From: a virus | Lineage: Duplodnaviria > Caudoviricetes | Virus record (IMG/VR): IMGVR_UViG_3300027969_000126 | Coordinates: 1 to 55,853 of that record | Direction: 5' to 3' (one strand) | Length of the DNA stretch: 55,853 nt | Shown here: piece by piece, positions 36,461-45,980 of the stretch | How the letters are laid out: every line of letters begins with the position of its first letter | How positions within the stretch are numbered: the first letter of the stretch is position 1 | Made by a program: the position numbers and the translations under genes | Notes under the pieces: generated by a model | What the model saw: only the letters and a program-made list of their open reading frames with translations | What the model was told of the DNA's origin: nothing | Database searches by the model: none

Positions 36461-39223
36461 TTATCTTCCCATATAATCATCAGATGCTACTGGTGTACCA
36501 CCAATGCCAGCGACAATAGTTCCTTGAGTATTTTGTGATAGTTTTTGCATCGGATCTAATACATTGTTAATACTTCCTACAGAATTTATTGATGCTAATT
36601 GTGCCTGTTGTGCAGGATCTAAGAATGTTGGTGTCGGAAGACCAGCAAAACCAGTTACTCCAGAAGTACTTGCAGAACCATTTGCAGTTGTAGGGACTCC
36701 CGGATTAATACTTCCTCGTCCTCCGCCAGCAGCGCCATTAGTTAAATTAACGCCTGTTCTTGCTTGCGCCCCTGTTGTTTGATCAGTTGCTAAACTGGCA
36801 GCAGCATTACCTTGTCTTGCAAATCTATTGTCAGATCCGTCTACTGGTCTACCGGCTGCTGCCGCATTAGATGCGGTTGCAGTTGCGCCGGCGCCAAACG
36901 TATTTATATTACACTCTAACTCCTGTTCAAACTTACCTTTACTAAAACTACTGTTTACTTTAGTAACCATATAACTTACTCCGCCACCCCTAGCATCTAT
37001 TTGTGCTTGTATTTCATTGGGATAAGCCCAAAATTGAATTGATTTGTTTATACTCATCAACCCAGTGCGATTGTCATAGTCTTGAGGTTCTCTAAAATTT
37101 ATTTCAATAAAAACTTGTCCGCCATTTGGATTAACAGTAAATCCATCTGTTCCGTAAAATTGATTATATAATGAATTTATACTAGATGCAGCCGGTTGCA
37201 TTAAAAAGTCTGGGTCACCTAATATTCTTATTTTAGCTGCTGCATATGCACCTGGATCATATAAACTAGTTACATATGCATTCTGTGCTTGTAATCCTAC
37301 ATCCAATCTACCCGTTTTAACTGCATTTTGTTCTCCTATTTTTGTACCTATATCTTCACCTCCACCAGATGAAGCCGAAGTAGTAGACTTACCGGATACG
37401 GCCACATTAAAAAACGTGTTATCCATTTGTTGATCGTAGCTTAAAATTTCACTATTTTTTCCAGTAAACCAGTATTCATATCTTTTGTGCGGGCCATAAT
37501 ATGGTGCGCCGTTATTTACTCCCGGTGCAGTTATAACCGGTGTTTGATATTCTTGAATGATATAAGTTGTTTTATACGCAAAATCTTTTCGTTTTGTGTC
37601 CCAACCTAATATTTTTATTTCTGCACTAATATTATACCACTTAATGTCAGTTTTCTTATAAGATTGTATTTCTGCCGGCGCATTTGCTAATTGATCAGGT
37701 GTCAATGATGAAACATAAATGGTTTTTAATGCATCTTCTAAATAAGAACTTTGTACAATTATGTCATTAATGCATTGTATAATAGGTCCACCTTTACTAA
37801 ATGAAATTTGTCTTACTGTATTATCCGGTGTAGCATTTTCTGAGGCAGCAATATTAACCTGATCAGTTGTAAATACTAATCCCATTGCCCATTTTCTTTT
37901 ATCTAAATCTGCTTTACTTACAATTGATGCGCTCGGAATAGAGAATAGTGAACTACCCAAAAATGCAATATCCCATTCATTTGCAATATTAATGGATTTG
38001 TTTTCTAGTAGTGTTTGCTCATCTTTATTTAATTTAGCAAGTAACCCAACGTTACCTGATATTCCGCCTGCGCCTCCACCTCTATTACTATTATCACCTC
38101 CACCTGTGCCTATCAAACAATCAATTACTGTTTTGCCTTGAACTACTGCTCCTCTATCAATCATCCCGCGTTTTGTTCCAAACACTGATCCGGTAGCAGG
38201 GTTTGCTGCTTTGATATTATAAACTACAGTGTTACCATCTATCTTGAATTTCATTTCTGTAATGATAATATCATAATATCGTTGATAAAGACCATATGCA
38301 TTACCAGTTGGATCTCCGTCAGCAGCAGAAACTTTAGTTGGATCTATTATATTTCCATCTGCATCATAACCTAAAAATCTTATACCTATTATAAAAAATT
38401 GTTTTGATGGATTTTTAAGATCCTCAATATTTTTAGTTTTAGAAATTTTTGCTAACTCATTTGCTGCATTACGTAATTTAGTAACAAATGAAAACCCATA
38501 TGGTTCAGTTATTGTAAATTGCATGTCAAATGTATTAGTGGCAGACTGTGTATCTTTTCCGTTTATTGCCTGGGTCATTTTTAAATCATCAATATAATAA
38601 TCTAAATCAAAGCCCGGTGCACGTTTTGAGGTATTATTATTGATACCGCCACTCTGAGCAACCAAATACGCTCCATTGGTATATTGTGTTGTAGGTGCAT
38701 TTGCGCTTGACGGAGACGGAGGTGATCCTCCCATTGTTCTTGTTGGTGCGTTATTACTTGTAGTAGCATCTCTCGTTGCTTGGGCCGTTGCTTGGGCTTC
38801 AGCAGCCTCCATGCTTACTGCACCAGGTGCCATATTACTGATAGCATTAATATCACTTCTACCCGATGCAATAAATGCATCATACGCATCGGGTGTTATC
38901 ATATACAAAGATATTTGATATGTATAACTTGGAAAATTACCCAATGGGTTTTGCCAACGTTTATTGGGTATTAATGCTTGCTCAGTCTGAATAGCTTGTG
39001 TTGGTGGCTGATTTGAATTATTTACATTTGCTTGACCGGCTGCTTGTGTAGTAGGTACTTGGTTTGCTACAGTTGCAGGAGAAGGTTGTCCAGATAATCC
39101 ACCAAGTATTTGCTGTGAAAGTTTATTCCATAACGCTGTAGCTTCAGGGGATGCAACAGGATTTGGTTTACCAGAATTAACCGGAAAACCAGAATCATCT
39201 GATTGTAAATTAGGATTTGGCAT
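36461..39223 (-). CDS. Putative baseplate hub protein (gp27-like position)
   Basis: NPL..F.SYTY.ISL, FTITEPYG, IRILGDPDFL and VTKVNSSFSKGKFEQELE; lies between gp53-like and gp5-like genes. Confidence 0.6.
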   Translation of the reverse strand: MPNPNLQSDDSGFPVNSGKPNPVASPEATALWNKLSQQILGGLSGQPSPATVANQVPTTQAAGQANVNNSNQPPTQAIQTEQALIPNKRWQNPLGNFPSYTYQISLYMITPDAYDAFIASGRSDINAISNMAPGAVSMEAAEAQATAQATRDATTSNNAPTRTMGGSPPSPSSANAPTTQYTNGAYLVAQSGGINNNTSKRAPGFDLDYYIDDLKMTQAINGKDTQSATNTFDMQFTITEPYGFSFVTKLRNAANELAKISKTKNIEDLKNPSKQFFIIGIRFLGYDADGNIIDPTKVSAADGDPTGNAYGLYQRYYDIIITEMKFKIDGNTVVYNIKAANPATGSVFGTKRGMIDRGAVVQGKTVIDCLIGTGGGDNSNRGGGAGGISGNVGLLAKLNKDEQTLLENKSINIANEWDIAFLGSSLFSIPSASIVSKADLDKRKWAMGLVFTTDQVNIAASENATPDNTVRQISFSKGGPIIQCINDIIVQSSYLEDALKTIYVSSLTPDQLANAPAEIQSYKKTDIKWYNISAEIKILGWDTKRKDFAYKTTYIIQEYQTPVITAPGVNNGAPYYGPHKRYEYWFTGKNSEILSYDQQMDNTFFNVAVSGKSTTSASSGGGEDIGTKIGEQNAVKTGRLDVGLQAQNAYVTSLYDPGAYAAAKIRILGDPDFLMQPAASSINSLYNQFYGTDGFTVNPNGGQVFIEINFREPQDYDNRTGLMSINKSIQFWAYPNEIQAQIDARGGGVSYMVTKVNSSFSKGKFEQELECNINTFGAGATATASNAAAAGRPVDGSDNRFARQGNAAASLATDQTTGAQARTGVNLTNGAAGGGRGSINPGVPTTANGSASTSGVTGFAGLPTPTFLDPAQQAQLASINSVGSINNVLDPMQKLSQNTQGTIVAGIGGTPVASDDYMGR

Positions 39224-39535
39224 TTATATCCCTAACACCTGCTTTAACACTGTTAGTGTAGGTAAATATATTTGCACTCCTGCTACAAAATCAAAATAAG
39301 GATCTTTTAATCTATTTGGATTTCTACTTGCAAATACCCACCACAATCTACTATCTGTGTACAAATCGTATGCTAGTAAATCAGGTCTATATTCATATAC
39401 GGCAGCAATTGTCCACAATATATCTGACGGTTGCATTGGTATTTGCCTATTTACCATAACATCTAAAAATTGATTATTCACTACACTTGTATTGTAATAT
39501 GGGCTACTTGCCGGATATGTATTATTAATTGCCAT
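39224..39535 (-). CDS. Baseplate wedge gp53-like (LysM-like) protein
   Basis: YEYRPDLLAYDLY.D.RLWWVFA.RN. Probable start 39535 (TAATG overlap). Confidence 0.75.
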   Translation of the reverse strand: MAINNTYPASSPYYNTSVVNNQFLDVMVNRQIPMQPSDILWTIAAVYEYRPDLLAYDLYTDSRLWWVFASRNPNRLKDPYFDFVAGVQIYLPTLTVLKQVLGI

Positions 39536-42054
39536 TACCAAAATCCTCCTCTTCCACCTGTTTTAGACGATCTTAACAATGCGCCTGTTGCATAGTCTTT
39601 TAAACTAAATCTATTACTAACATCATTTCTAGTCACTACTGGCAATGCTGTTATGCTTAATGTTATTTTAGTAGGGACATATGTTGGTTCTCTTGTGCCT
39701 GCATATGCGCCAGAAAAATTTGGGGGCGCGGGTACTGCACCTTGTTGTACTCCGGCTGCAGCCATTCTAGATTCTCCTGGTTTGCCACCATTTGAACTTT
39801 TAGGCACCGCAGGACTTCTATTAACACCTGCTTGAGTAGCAGTACTACCTGCTGCAATATAATCAACATCAGTAGGTAATGAATATGTAAAGTTTTGAAT
39901 TAATAATGGATGTTGATCAAATTGAAATGCACCCAATCCAGTTAGATAACATAATGGTGGAGGTGTACCTGGTACTGGTCCTGGATCTTGTCCATAAAAC
40001 ATTTTTGTAATAGACCTAAAGAAATGTATTACTGCTAATATATAATTAGCCTCATATGCATCTTGTGCAGTAAAATCACAACCAATTGTAATTGCATCAA
40101 CTGCACTGCTTTTATAACTTTGATATCTATAATTAGTATGTGTCAAATCAGTAGAATCATAATTTGCAGCATATGTTACTGATATTGAAGGAGTGTATGG
40201 GAATATTACTCCATTTGTGGCGCTTAACGGAGCAAGTATGCCCGGTGGGTTTGCTGCGTATAGATAATTTGCGCCCGGAGCTAAACTCAATCTTACACGC
40301 CAATCGCCTTGTGCTGCTGCATTGGTTACATCTTGTTGAGTAGCTTGTGATTGAGTATCTGCTTTTGCCGTAGTTAAACCAGATTGAGTATTTTGTGCGT
40401 CTGCTCGTTGTGCGGCTTCATCTGCTGCAATTCTATCTTCTGCTGCTGCATCTTCAACTCGCTTTATTGCCGGATCTGTTACTTCTTTTGGACCAGGATT
40501 TACTGTTTCTGGTTCAGCTTGTTGCCTAATTTGATCATCTATTGCTGCATCCCCTACCGGAACATACAACTCACCAGTTTCTGGATTTACTTTAATATTT
40601 GGATTTACAGTACCATCTTCTGCTACTACAGCTTGACCAGTAGTATTTTCATTAATAATCTTTTGTTCAGCAACTTGTTCATCTATCCCCGCAAATTCAT
40701 CAACTGCCGGATCCCCTGCCGGAACATACAACTCTCCAGTTTCTGGATTTATTTTAATGTTTGGATTTACAGTACCATCTTCAGCTACCACTGCTAGACC
40801 AGTAGTATTTTCATTAATATTCTTTTGTTGGGCAACTTGATCATCTACCCCTGCAAATTCATTATTTAAATCTGCTTGCTTTTTGTCTTGTATAACTTGT
40901 TCTGCTGCTTGCTGTCTTTGTGCAGGGTCCTGCAAGGTGCTAATATTTTGCGCTTTATCTATAGCTATTTGATCTGCTACCTGCGCTCTTTGTGCTGGAT
41001 CTTGTAACGTAGATACTTGTGCGGGTGCAGTAGCATCTGCGTTTTCAATCAAAACTTGATTGGCTTGCGCTCTACTAGCCGGATCAGATACGTTATTAGT
41101 TGCTGCTGCTTGATCTATGGCTACTTGATCTGCTGCCTGCGCTCTCTGTGCCGGATCACTAAATGTTGATACTGGAGTAGGAGAGGTGTTATCTGCATTT
41201 ACTATGGCAATCTGATTGGCTTGTGCCCTACTAGCCGGATCTGATACGTTATTAGTTGAATTAGTATTTGGTTCTGGCAATAACGCTTGCTGTCTTTGTG
41301 CCGGATCACTAAATGTTGATACTGGAGTAGGAGAGGTAGCGTCTGCATTTGTAATAGCAGCTTGTTGTCTCTGTGACGGATCTTGCAACGTGCTTACATT
41401 TTTTGCATTGTCAATTGCTGTTTGGTCTGCTACTTGCGCTCGTTGTGCTGGATCTTGTACATTGTTAGTTGAATTGGTGTTTGGTGTAACAACAGTCGTA
41501 GCAGCTTGTTCTGCTGCTATAGCCCTTTGTGCCGGATCAGAAACGTTATTAGTTGATCCAGTAGAAGGTATTGCTGCTGCTGCTTGCGCTCGTTGAGCCG
41601 GATCTGTTACGTTGGTCGTTGAACTAGGTGGGGTGACTACATTCGAATTATTTACGATAGATTGTGTTAAATTTACACCATTTGATGCTGCTTTAAAAAG
41701 TGCCAATCCGCCAATTGCTAAAGCACCAGCACCTAAAATGTTTTGTGCCGTAAAAATTGAAGAAATTCCGGTATTGGGCTTAGGAGTAGATGATGATACC
41801 GCTTTATTTAATACCGGAGTAGTTGTTGAGCCTTGAACAAACTTTGCACCGGGAACCGGTTGAGAAATACTCGTAGTTGATCCTATTGCAAAAGTATTAG
41901 CAGGTGCCTTTCCAGTAGCCTGTGTAATTGCAGTCTTTGCAGCCGCTAACGTTGCGGCTGAGTTAGCCGTAAGATTAATTGTTGAGGTAGTGGCCGTGGT
42001 CCCGGTAGCGGTTACATTTGCTGTAGTGGGTGCTGCGTTTGGGGTGGTTGCCAT
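39535..42054 (-). CDS. Tail-tube initiator/baseplate (gp48/gp54-like) C-terminal domain with a long repetitive N-terminal extension
   Basis: C-terminal DWRVRL...GVIFPYTPSI...HFFRSITKMFYG...PPP...LPTDVDYI...VPTK. Confidence 0.6.
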   Translation of the reverse strand: MATTPNAAPTTANVTATGTTATTSTINLTANSAATLAAAKTAITQATGKAPANTFAIGSTTSISQPVPGAKFVQGSTTTPVLNKAVSSSTPKPNTGISSIFTAQNILGAGALAIGGLALFKAASNGVNLTQSIVNNSNVVTPPSSTTNVTDPAQRAQAAAAIPSTGSTNNVSDPAQRAIAAEQAATTVVTPNTNSTNNVQDPAQRAQVADQTAIDNAKNVSTLQDPSQRQQAAITNADATSPTPVSTFSDPAQRQQALLPEPNTNSTNNVSDPASRAQANQIAIVNADNTSPTPVSTFSDPAQRAQAADQVAIDQAAATNNVSDPASRAQANQVLIENADATAPAQVSTLQDPAQRAQVADQIAIDKAQNISTLQDPAQRQQAAEQVIQDKKQADLNNEFAGVDDQVAQQKNINENTTGLAVVAEDGTVNPNIKINPETGELYVPAGDPAVDEFAGIDEQVAEQKIINENTTGQAVVAEDGTVNPNIKVNPETGELYVPVGDAAIDDQIRQQAEPETVNPGPKEVTDPAIKRVEDAAAEDRIAADEAAQRADAQNTQSGLTTAKADTQSQATQQDVTNAAAQGDWRVRLSLAPGANYLYAANPPGILAPLSATNGVIFPYTPSISVTYAANYDSTDLTHTNYRYQSYKSSAVDAITIGCDFTAQDAYEANYILAVIHFFRSITKMFYGQDPGPVPGTPPPLCYLTGLGAFQFDQHPLLIQNFTYSLPTDVDYIAAGSTATQAGVNRSPAVPKSSNGGKPGESRMAAAGVQQGAVPAPPNFSGAYAGTREPTYVPTKITLSITALPVVTRNDVSNRFSLKDYATGALLRSSKTGGRGGFW
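40550..40865 (-). repeat. 162-bp (54-aa) tandem duplication EFAG.D.QVA.QK.INENTTG.AVVAEDGTVNPNIK.NPETGELYVP.GD
   Basis: aacatacaactc occurs at 40561 and 40723; the two copies are near-identical. Confidence 0.9.
40900..41615 (-). repeat. Ten imperfect DP(A/S)(Q/S)R coding repeats of about 20-30 aa
   Basis: Counted in the translation; recurring gccggatc in the DNA. Confidence 0.9.
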
Positions 42055-42075
42055 ATTATTCTTGTCCTTATCTTA

Positions 42076-42090
42076 TATTTAGCATAAATA
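42076..42090. promoter_or_regulatory. Back-to-back late promoter-like motifs GCTAAATA (-) and CATAAATA (+)
   Basis: TATTTAGCATAAATA sits at the divergence point of the two blocks. Confidence 0.6.
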
Positions 42091-42126
42091 TAATGCTCTG
42101 TTTTTACCTTTTCTACACAAAATCTG

Positions 42127-42155
42127 TTGCTTTTCTGCAACCATTATGCTATAAT
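42127..42155 (+). promoter_or_regulatory. Sigma70-like early promoter TTGCTT-N17-TATAAT for the gp55-like operon
   Basis: Consensus -10 box, 17-nt spacer, and AAGGAG RBS before ATG 42188. Confidence 0.7.
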
Positions 42156-42187
42156 CACTCAAGCATAACTATAACTCAAGGAGACCT

Positions 42188-43099
42188 ATGTCATTACCCT
42201 CAAGAAAACCCGTCAATTATTTAAATAACAAAGATATCTTAAAAGAGATACATGAAAGTAAAACTGCATACTGTCATTTTGCTAAACCAGAATATCATAG
42301 ATATGATTTCATCGTAGATATGCCCCAATCTCCAATTGATGAAAGTTTAGAATACGCATTTAAACCCGAAACTATTCAACAAGCCAAAGAAACTAGAGCC
42401 ACTAGATTAAGTTTGGAAGCAGGGGCAAAAGACTCAATTAGCCCAGATTCTATAGAAATAACCGATCTAGTTTTCCGTGTAATGAATTGGGATCATGTTC
42501 CAGTAGCACCAAAAGTCCCCCGCAAAACAGTTAAAAAGAAAACAGCAAAAGATATCTTTGAATTTGAAGAAGTTGATCCAGATGAAATCTTTGCTGATTT
42601 AGAAGATGTAACCACTAAAGCTGAAGTAGATGACATGGTTCATGTCAAAGTAAACTTTCCCCCATTCCAACATTATAAAATTGACAAAAATAATACTTTT
42701 TATTGCGTAGGTAAAAGTCATTGGAGAGGTGATCTAGCAACCGGAGAATTCAGCAAGGATCATGGACAAGTAACAAACAAACTCGCCCGTATGTATATTA
42801 TGATGTGTGAAAAATATGCCATGAAATATAATTGGCGTGGATATACATACAATGATGAGATGCGTAACAGTGCCATTCTTCAACTTACCTATGTTGGACT
42901 ACGATTCAATGAAGCCAAAAGTGCTAATCCGTTCGCATACTATACCGCAGCAATTACAAATAGTTTCTGTCGTGTACTGAATACGGAAAAGCGTAATCAA
43001 AACATACGTGATGATATATTAGAGATTAATGGACTTAACCCAAGTTGGACTCGTCAGGGTCTGGGCGCTGGTATGAGTTCTGTGGTTTACGAAGAATAA
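42188..43099 (+). CDS. gp55: Late-transcription sigma factor, T4 gp55-like
   Basis: NYLNNKDIL.EI, NWRGYTYNDEM and F...KS.NPFAYYT..I.NSF; gp55-47-46 synteny. Confidence 0.85.
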   Translation: MSLPSRKPVNYLNNKDILKEIHESKTAYCHFAKPEYHRYDFIVDMPQSPIDESLEYAFKPETIQQAKETRATRLSLEAGAKDSISPDSIEITDLVFRVMNWDHVPVAPKVPRKTVKKKTAKDIFEFEEVDPDEIFADLEDVTTKAEVDDMVHVKVNFPPFQHYKIDKNNTFYCVGKSHWRGDLATGEFSKDHGQVTNKLARMYIMMCEKYAMKYNWRGYTYNDEMRNSAILQLTYVGLRFNEAKSANPFAYYTAAITNSFCRVLNTEKRNQNIRDDILEINGLNPSWTRQGLGAGMSSVVYEE

Positions 43100-43107
43100 T
43101 TTGTCCA

Positions 43108-43143
43108 ATGATGTTGCTACGGCAGCATCATTTATTATACAAT
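43108..43143 (+). promoter_or_regulatory. Hairpin AATGATGTTGC-TACG-GCAGCATCATT overlapping a possible TTGCTA-N18-TACAAT promoter
   Basis: 11-bp stem with one G.U pair followed by a T-rich run, in the gp55/gp47 gap. Confidence 0.5.
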
Positions 43144-43149
43144 ATAAGA

Positions 43150-44163
43150 ATGACTAACCTTTTTAAAAAAGCTGCTTGCCTAACTGACATTCATTTTGGA
43201 TTGAAGTCAAATAGCTTGCAACATAATCAAGACTGTTCCAATTTCATTGATTGGTTCATTTCTAAAGCCAAAGAAGAAAATTGTGAAACTTGTTTCTTTT
43301 TAGGTGACTGGAATCATCACAGAGCAAGTATCAATATCCACACACTACAGTTTGGATTACAAGCATTGGAGAAACTAAATGACAATTTTGATAGGGTATA
43401 TTTTATACCGGGCAATCATGACCTTTATTATCGTGACCGCAGGGACATTCATAGTGTTGAGTGGGCTAAACATCTACCAAACGTACAAATCGTCAACGAC
43501 TTCTACTCCAAAGGAGATGTAGTCATTGCACCCTGGCTTGTACAGGATGACTACAAAAAGGTTCAGAAACTAAGTGGCAAATATATGTTTGGGCATTTTG
43601 AATTGCCACGATTCTATATGAATGCTATGGTTGAAATGCCTGATCATGGCGAAATTAATACCGATCATATGAAAAGTTTTGAGTACGTCTTTAGTGGGCA
43701 TTTTCATAAACGACAAAGCAAAGCAAACGTATGGTATATAGGTAATGCATTCCCCCATAATTACGCCGACGCACAAGATGATGCTCGTGGTATGATGGTA
43801 ATGGAATGGGGGCAAGACCCGATCTTTCATAGCTGGCCTAAACAACCATTGTATCGTGTTCATAAGTTAAGCGATATATTAGAAAATCCAAAGGGATTGC
43901 TATTGCCTGACAGTCATGTTAGAGTTCATCTTGACATTGATATTTCATATGAGGAAGCTAACTTCATACGTGAAACATTAATCCCAGAACATAAACTAAG
44001 AGAGATGGCATTGATACCAATGAAAGTAGACCAAGTTGATCAAGAGGGTAGGGGTGATTTGAAGTTTGAATCAGTAGACCAAATCATTATTGACCAAATC
44101 AATAGCATTGAAAGCAATAGCTTTGACAAACGAATTCTCTTGGAAATTTATAACAATCTATGA
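43150..44163 (+). CDS. gp47: Recombination endonuclease subunit (Mre11/SbcD-like)
   Basis: DIHFG, LGDW, GNHD, GHFE and SGHFH metallophosphoesterase motifs. Probable start MTNLF at 43150. Confidence 0.92.
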   Translation: MTNLFKKAACLTDIHFGLKSNSLQHNQDCSNFIDWFISKAKEENCETCFFLGDWNHHRASINIHTLQFGLQALEKLNDNFDRVYFIPGNHDLYYRDRRDIHSVEWAKHLPNVQIVNDFYSKGDVVIAPWLVQDDYKKVQKLSGKYMFGHFELPRFYMNAMVEMPDHGEINTDHMKSFEYVFSGHFHKRQSKANVWYIGNAFPHNYADAQDDARGMMVMEWGQDPIFHSWPKQPLYRVHKLSDILENPKGLLLPDSHVRVHLDIDISYEEANFIRETLIPEHKLREMALIPMKVDQVDQEGRGDLKFESVDQIIIDQINSIESNSFDKRILLEIYNNL

Positions 44164-45923
44164 TAACACTTAAGAATATTACATTACGAAATTTTTTATC
44201 AATCGGACAAGTAACACAAGCAGTAAACTTTGACAGACAAGAACTAACACTTATTCTAGGTGAAAATCTAGACTTAGGTGGTGATGGTGCTCGTAATGGC
44301 ACGGGCAAAACGTCACTCATTCAAGCATTGAGTTATGCATTGTTTGGTGTCCCCATTAACAGTATCCGCAAAGATAATCTAGTCAATCGTACCAATGCTA
44401 AAAACATGATGGTAACACTAGAGTTTAGTGTTAATGGAATCGATTACAAAATTGAACGTGGGCGTAAACCAAACATTCTACGCTTCTATGTAAATAGTGA
44501 TTTGCAAAAGGGTTTGGATGACGCACAGGGTGAGAACAAAGAAACACAGGTTGCCATTGAAAAGGTGATACACATGAGTTCAGATATGTTTAAGCATATT
44601 GTAGCACTCAACACTTACTCCGAACCATTTCTAGCATTAAAAAACAATGAACAACGTGATATCATTGAACAACTATTGGGTATCACATTGCTTTCAGAAA
44701 AAGCAGAAGTGATTAAAGGATTGGTTAAAGATAGCAAAGATGATATTCAGCAAGAAGAATTCAAAGTCAAAGCAATTGAAGAAGCCAACAAACGTGTGAA
44801 AGAACAAATTGATTCTACTAAACGTAGACAGAAATTGTGGAAGATGAAGCACGATGAGGACTTAGAGAAACTTGCTATTGATTATCAAAGATTAATTACT
44901 ATTGACATAGCAGCGGAATTGCAGGCTCATCAAGATTTAACAGCATATAATGAAAAGCGTAAGTCTATTGATGACCTCAACAAACTAGTTGCTCGGTGTG
45001 TAGCTGATGAAGCCAAAGAAGAAAAATTAGTTACAAAACTTACAAAAGAAATTACCGATTTGCGTGACCACAAATGCTATGCCTGTGGACAAGAATTCCA
45101 TGATCAAAAACACGAAAGTGTATTGGATGAAAAAATAAAAGCATTACATGAAGCAGCATTTCAAGCATTAGTTACTAATAAACAATTCTTAGAACACACC
45201 CAAGCATTAAAAGACTTGGGTATGTTAGGCACAATGCCAGTAACGCATTATGATACTGAAGCACAAGCAATCAAACATAGTAGCCAACTTGATAATCTTA
45301 TTAAAGATATTGAAAGAAAAGGTAATGAGGTTGATCCTTATGGTGAGCAAATTACTGAGATGGAGAACCAAGCACTACAAGAGATTAACTTTGATAAAAT
45401 TAATCAATTGACACGTACAATGGAACATCAGAAGTTCTTGCTTGATATACTAACCAGTAAGGATAGTTTTGTTCGTAAAAAGATTATTGACCAAAATTTA
45501 TCATATTTGAATGGTAGATTGACACATTACTTAGATAAGATTGGATTGCCGCATCAAGTAATATTTAAAAATGATTTACAAGTTGAGATTACAGAATTGG
45601 GTAGAGAACTTGATTTTGACAATTTAAGTCGCGGAGAACGTAATCGATTGATTCTAGGATTGAGTTTTGCGTTCCGTGATGTATGGGAGAACCTATATAG
45701 CCCAATCAATACATTGTTTATTGATGAATTGATTGATAGCGGGTTAGACACTATGGGTGTTGAAAACGCTATTGCTATTCTCAAAGACATGAGCCGTCGT
45801 AGACAAAAATCTATTTGGCTTGTCAGTCATAGAGAAGAATTAGCTGGACGAGTACCAAATGTATTGAAAGTTATCAAAGAAAATGGATTTACACAATACA
45901 GTACTTCCACAGAGACATCATAA
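44160..45923 (+). CDS. gp46: Recombination ATPase subunit (Rad50/SbcC-like)
   Basis: NFLSIG, Walker A NGTGKT, CYACG zinc hook, LSRGE signature and FIDE Walker B. Confidence 0.93.
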   Translation: MITLKNITLRNFLSIGQVTQAVNFDRQELTLILGENLDLGGDGARNGTGKTSLIQALSYALFGVPINSIRKDNLVNRTNAKNMMVTLEFSVNGIDYKIERGRKPNILRFYVNSDLQKGLDDAQGENKETQVAIEKVIHMSSDMFKHIVALNTYSEPFLALKNNEQRDIIEQLLGITLLSEKAEVIKGLVKDSKDDIQQEEFKVKAIEEANKRVKEQIDSTKRRQKLWKMKHDEDLEKLAIDYQRLITIDIAAELQAHQDLTAYNEKRKSIDDLNKLVARCVADEAKEEKLVTKLTKEITDLRDHKCYACGQEFHDQKHESVLDEKIKALHEAAFQALVTNKQFLEHTQALKDLGMLGTMPVTHYDTEAQAIKHSSQLDNLIKDIERKGNEVDPYGEQITEMENQALQEINFDKINQLTRTMEHQKFLLDILTSKDSFVRKKIIDQNLSYLNGRLTHYLDKIGLPHQVIFKNDLQVEITELGRELDFDNLSRGERNRLILGLSFAFRDVWENLYSPINTLFIDELIDSGLDTMGVENAIAILKDMSRRRQKSIWLVSHREELAGRVPNVLKVIKENGFTQYSTSTETS

Positions 45924-45928
45924 TTCTG

Positions 45929-45976
45929 TATAAAACTTACACAAATGATAAATAAATGTATAAGTTTTATAAGGTG
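45929..45976 (+). promoter_or_regulatory. Inverted repeat enclosing late promoter GATAAATA and touching the RBS of the GIY-YIG gene
   Basis: TATAAAACTTA (45929-45939) pairs with TAAGTTTTATA (45961-45971); GATAAATA at 45947-45954; TAAGGTG at 45970-45976. Confidence 0.7.
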
Positions 45977-45980
45977 AATT

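Noticed and set aside
40550-41615. Repeats as a possible CRISPR array or DGR template/variable pair
   Set aside because: They are in-frame coding repeats without unique spacers, the differences are not adenine-specific, and no cas or reverse transcriptase gene is in the window.
43045-43149. Longer N-terminus of gp47 given by the ORF track
   Set aside because: It overlaps the gp55 end and a hairpin/promoter; the conserved sequence starts at ATG 43150.
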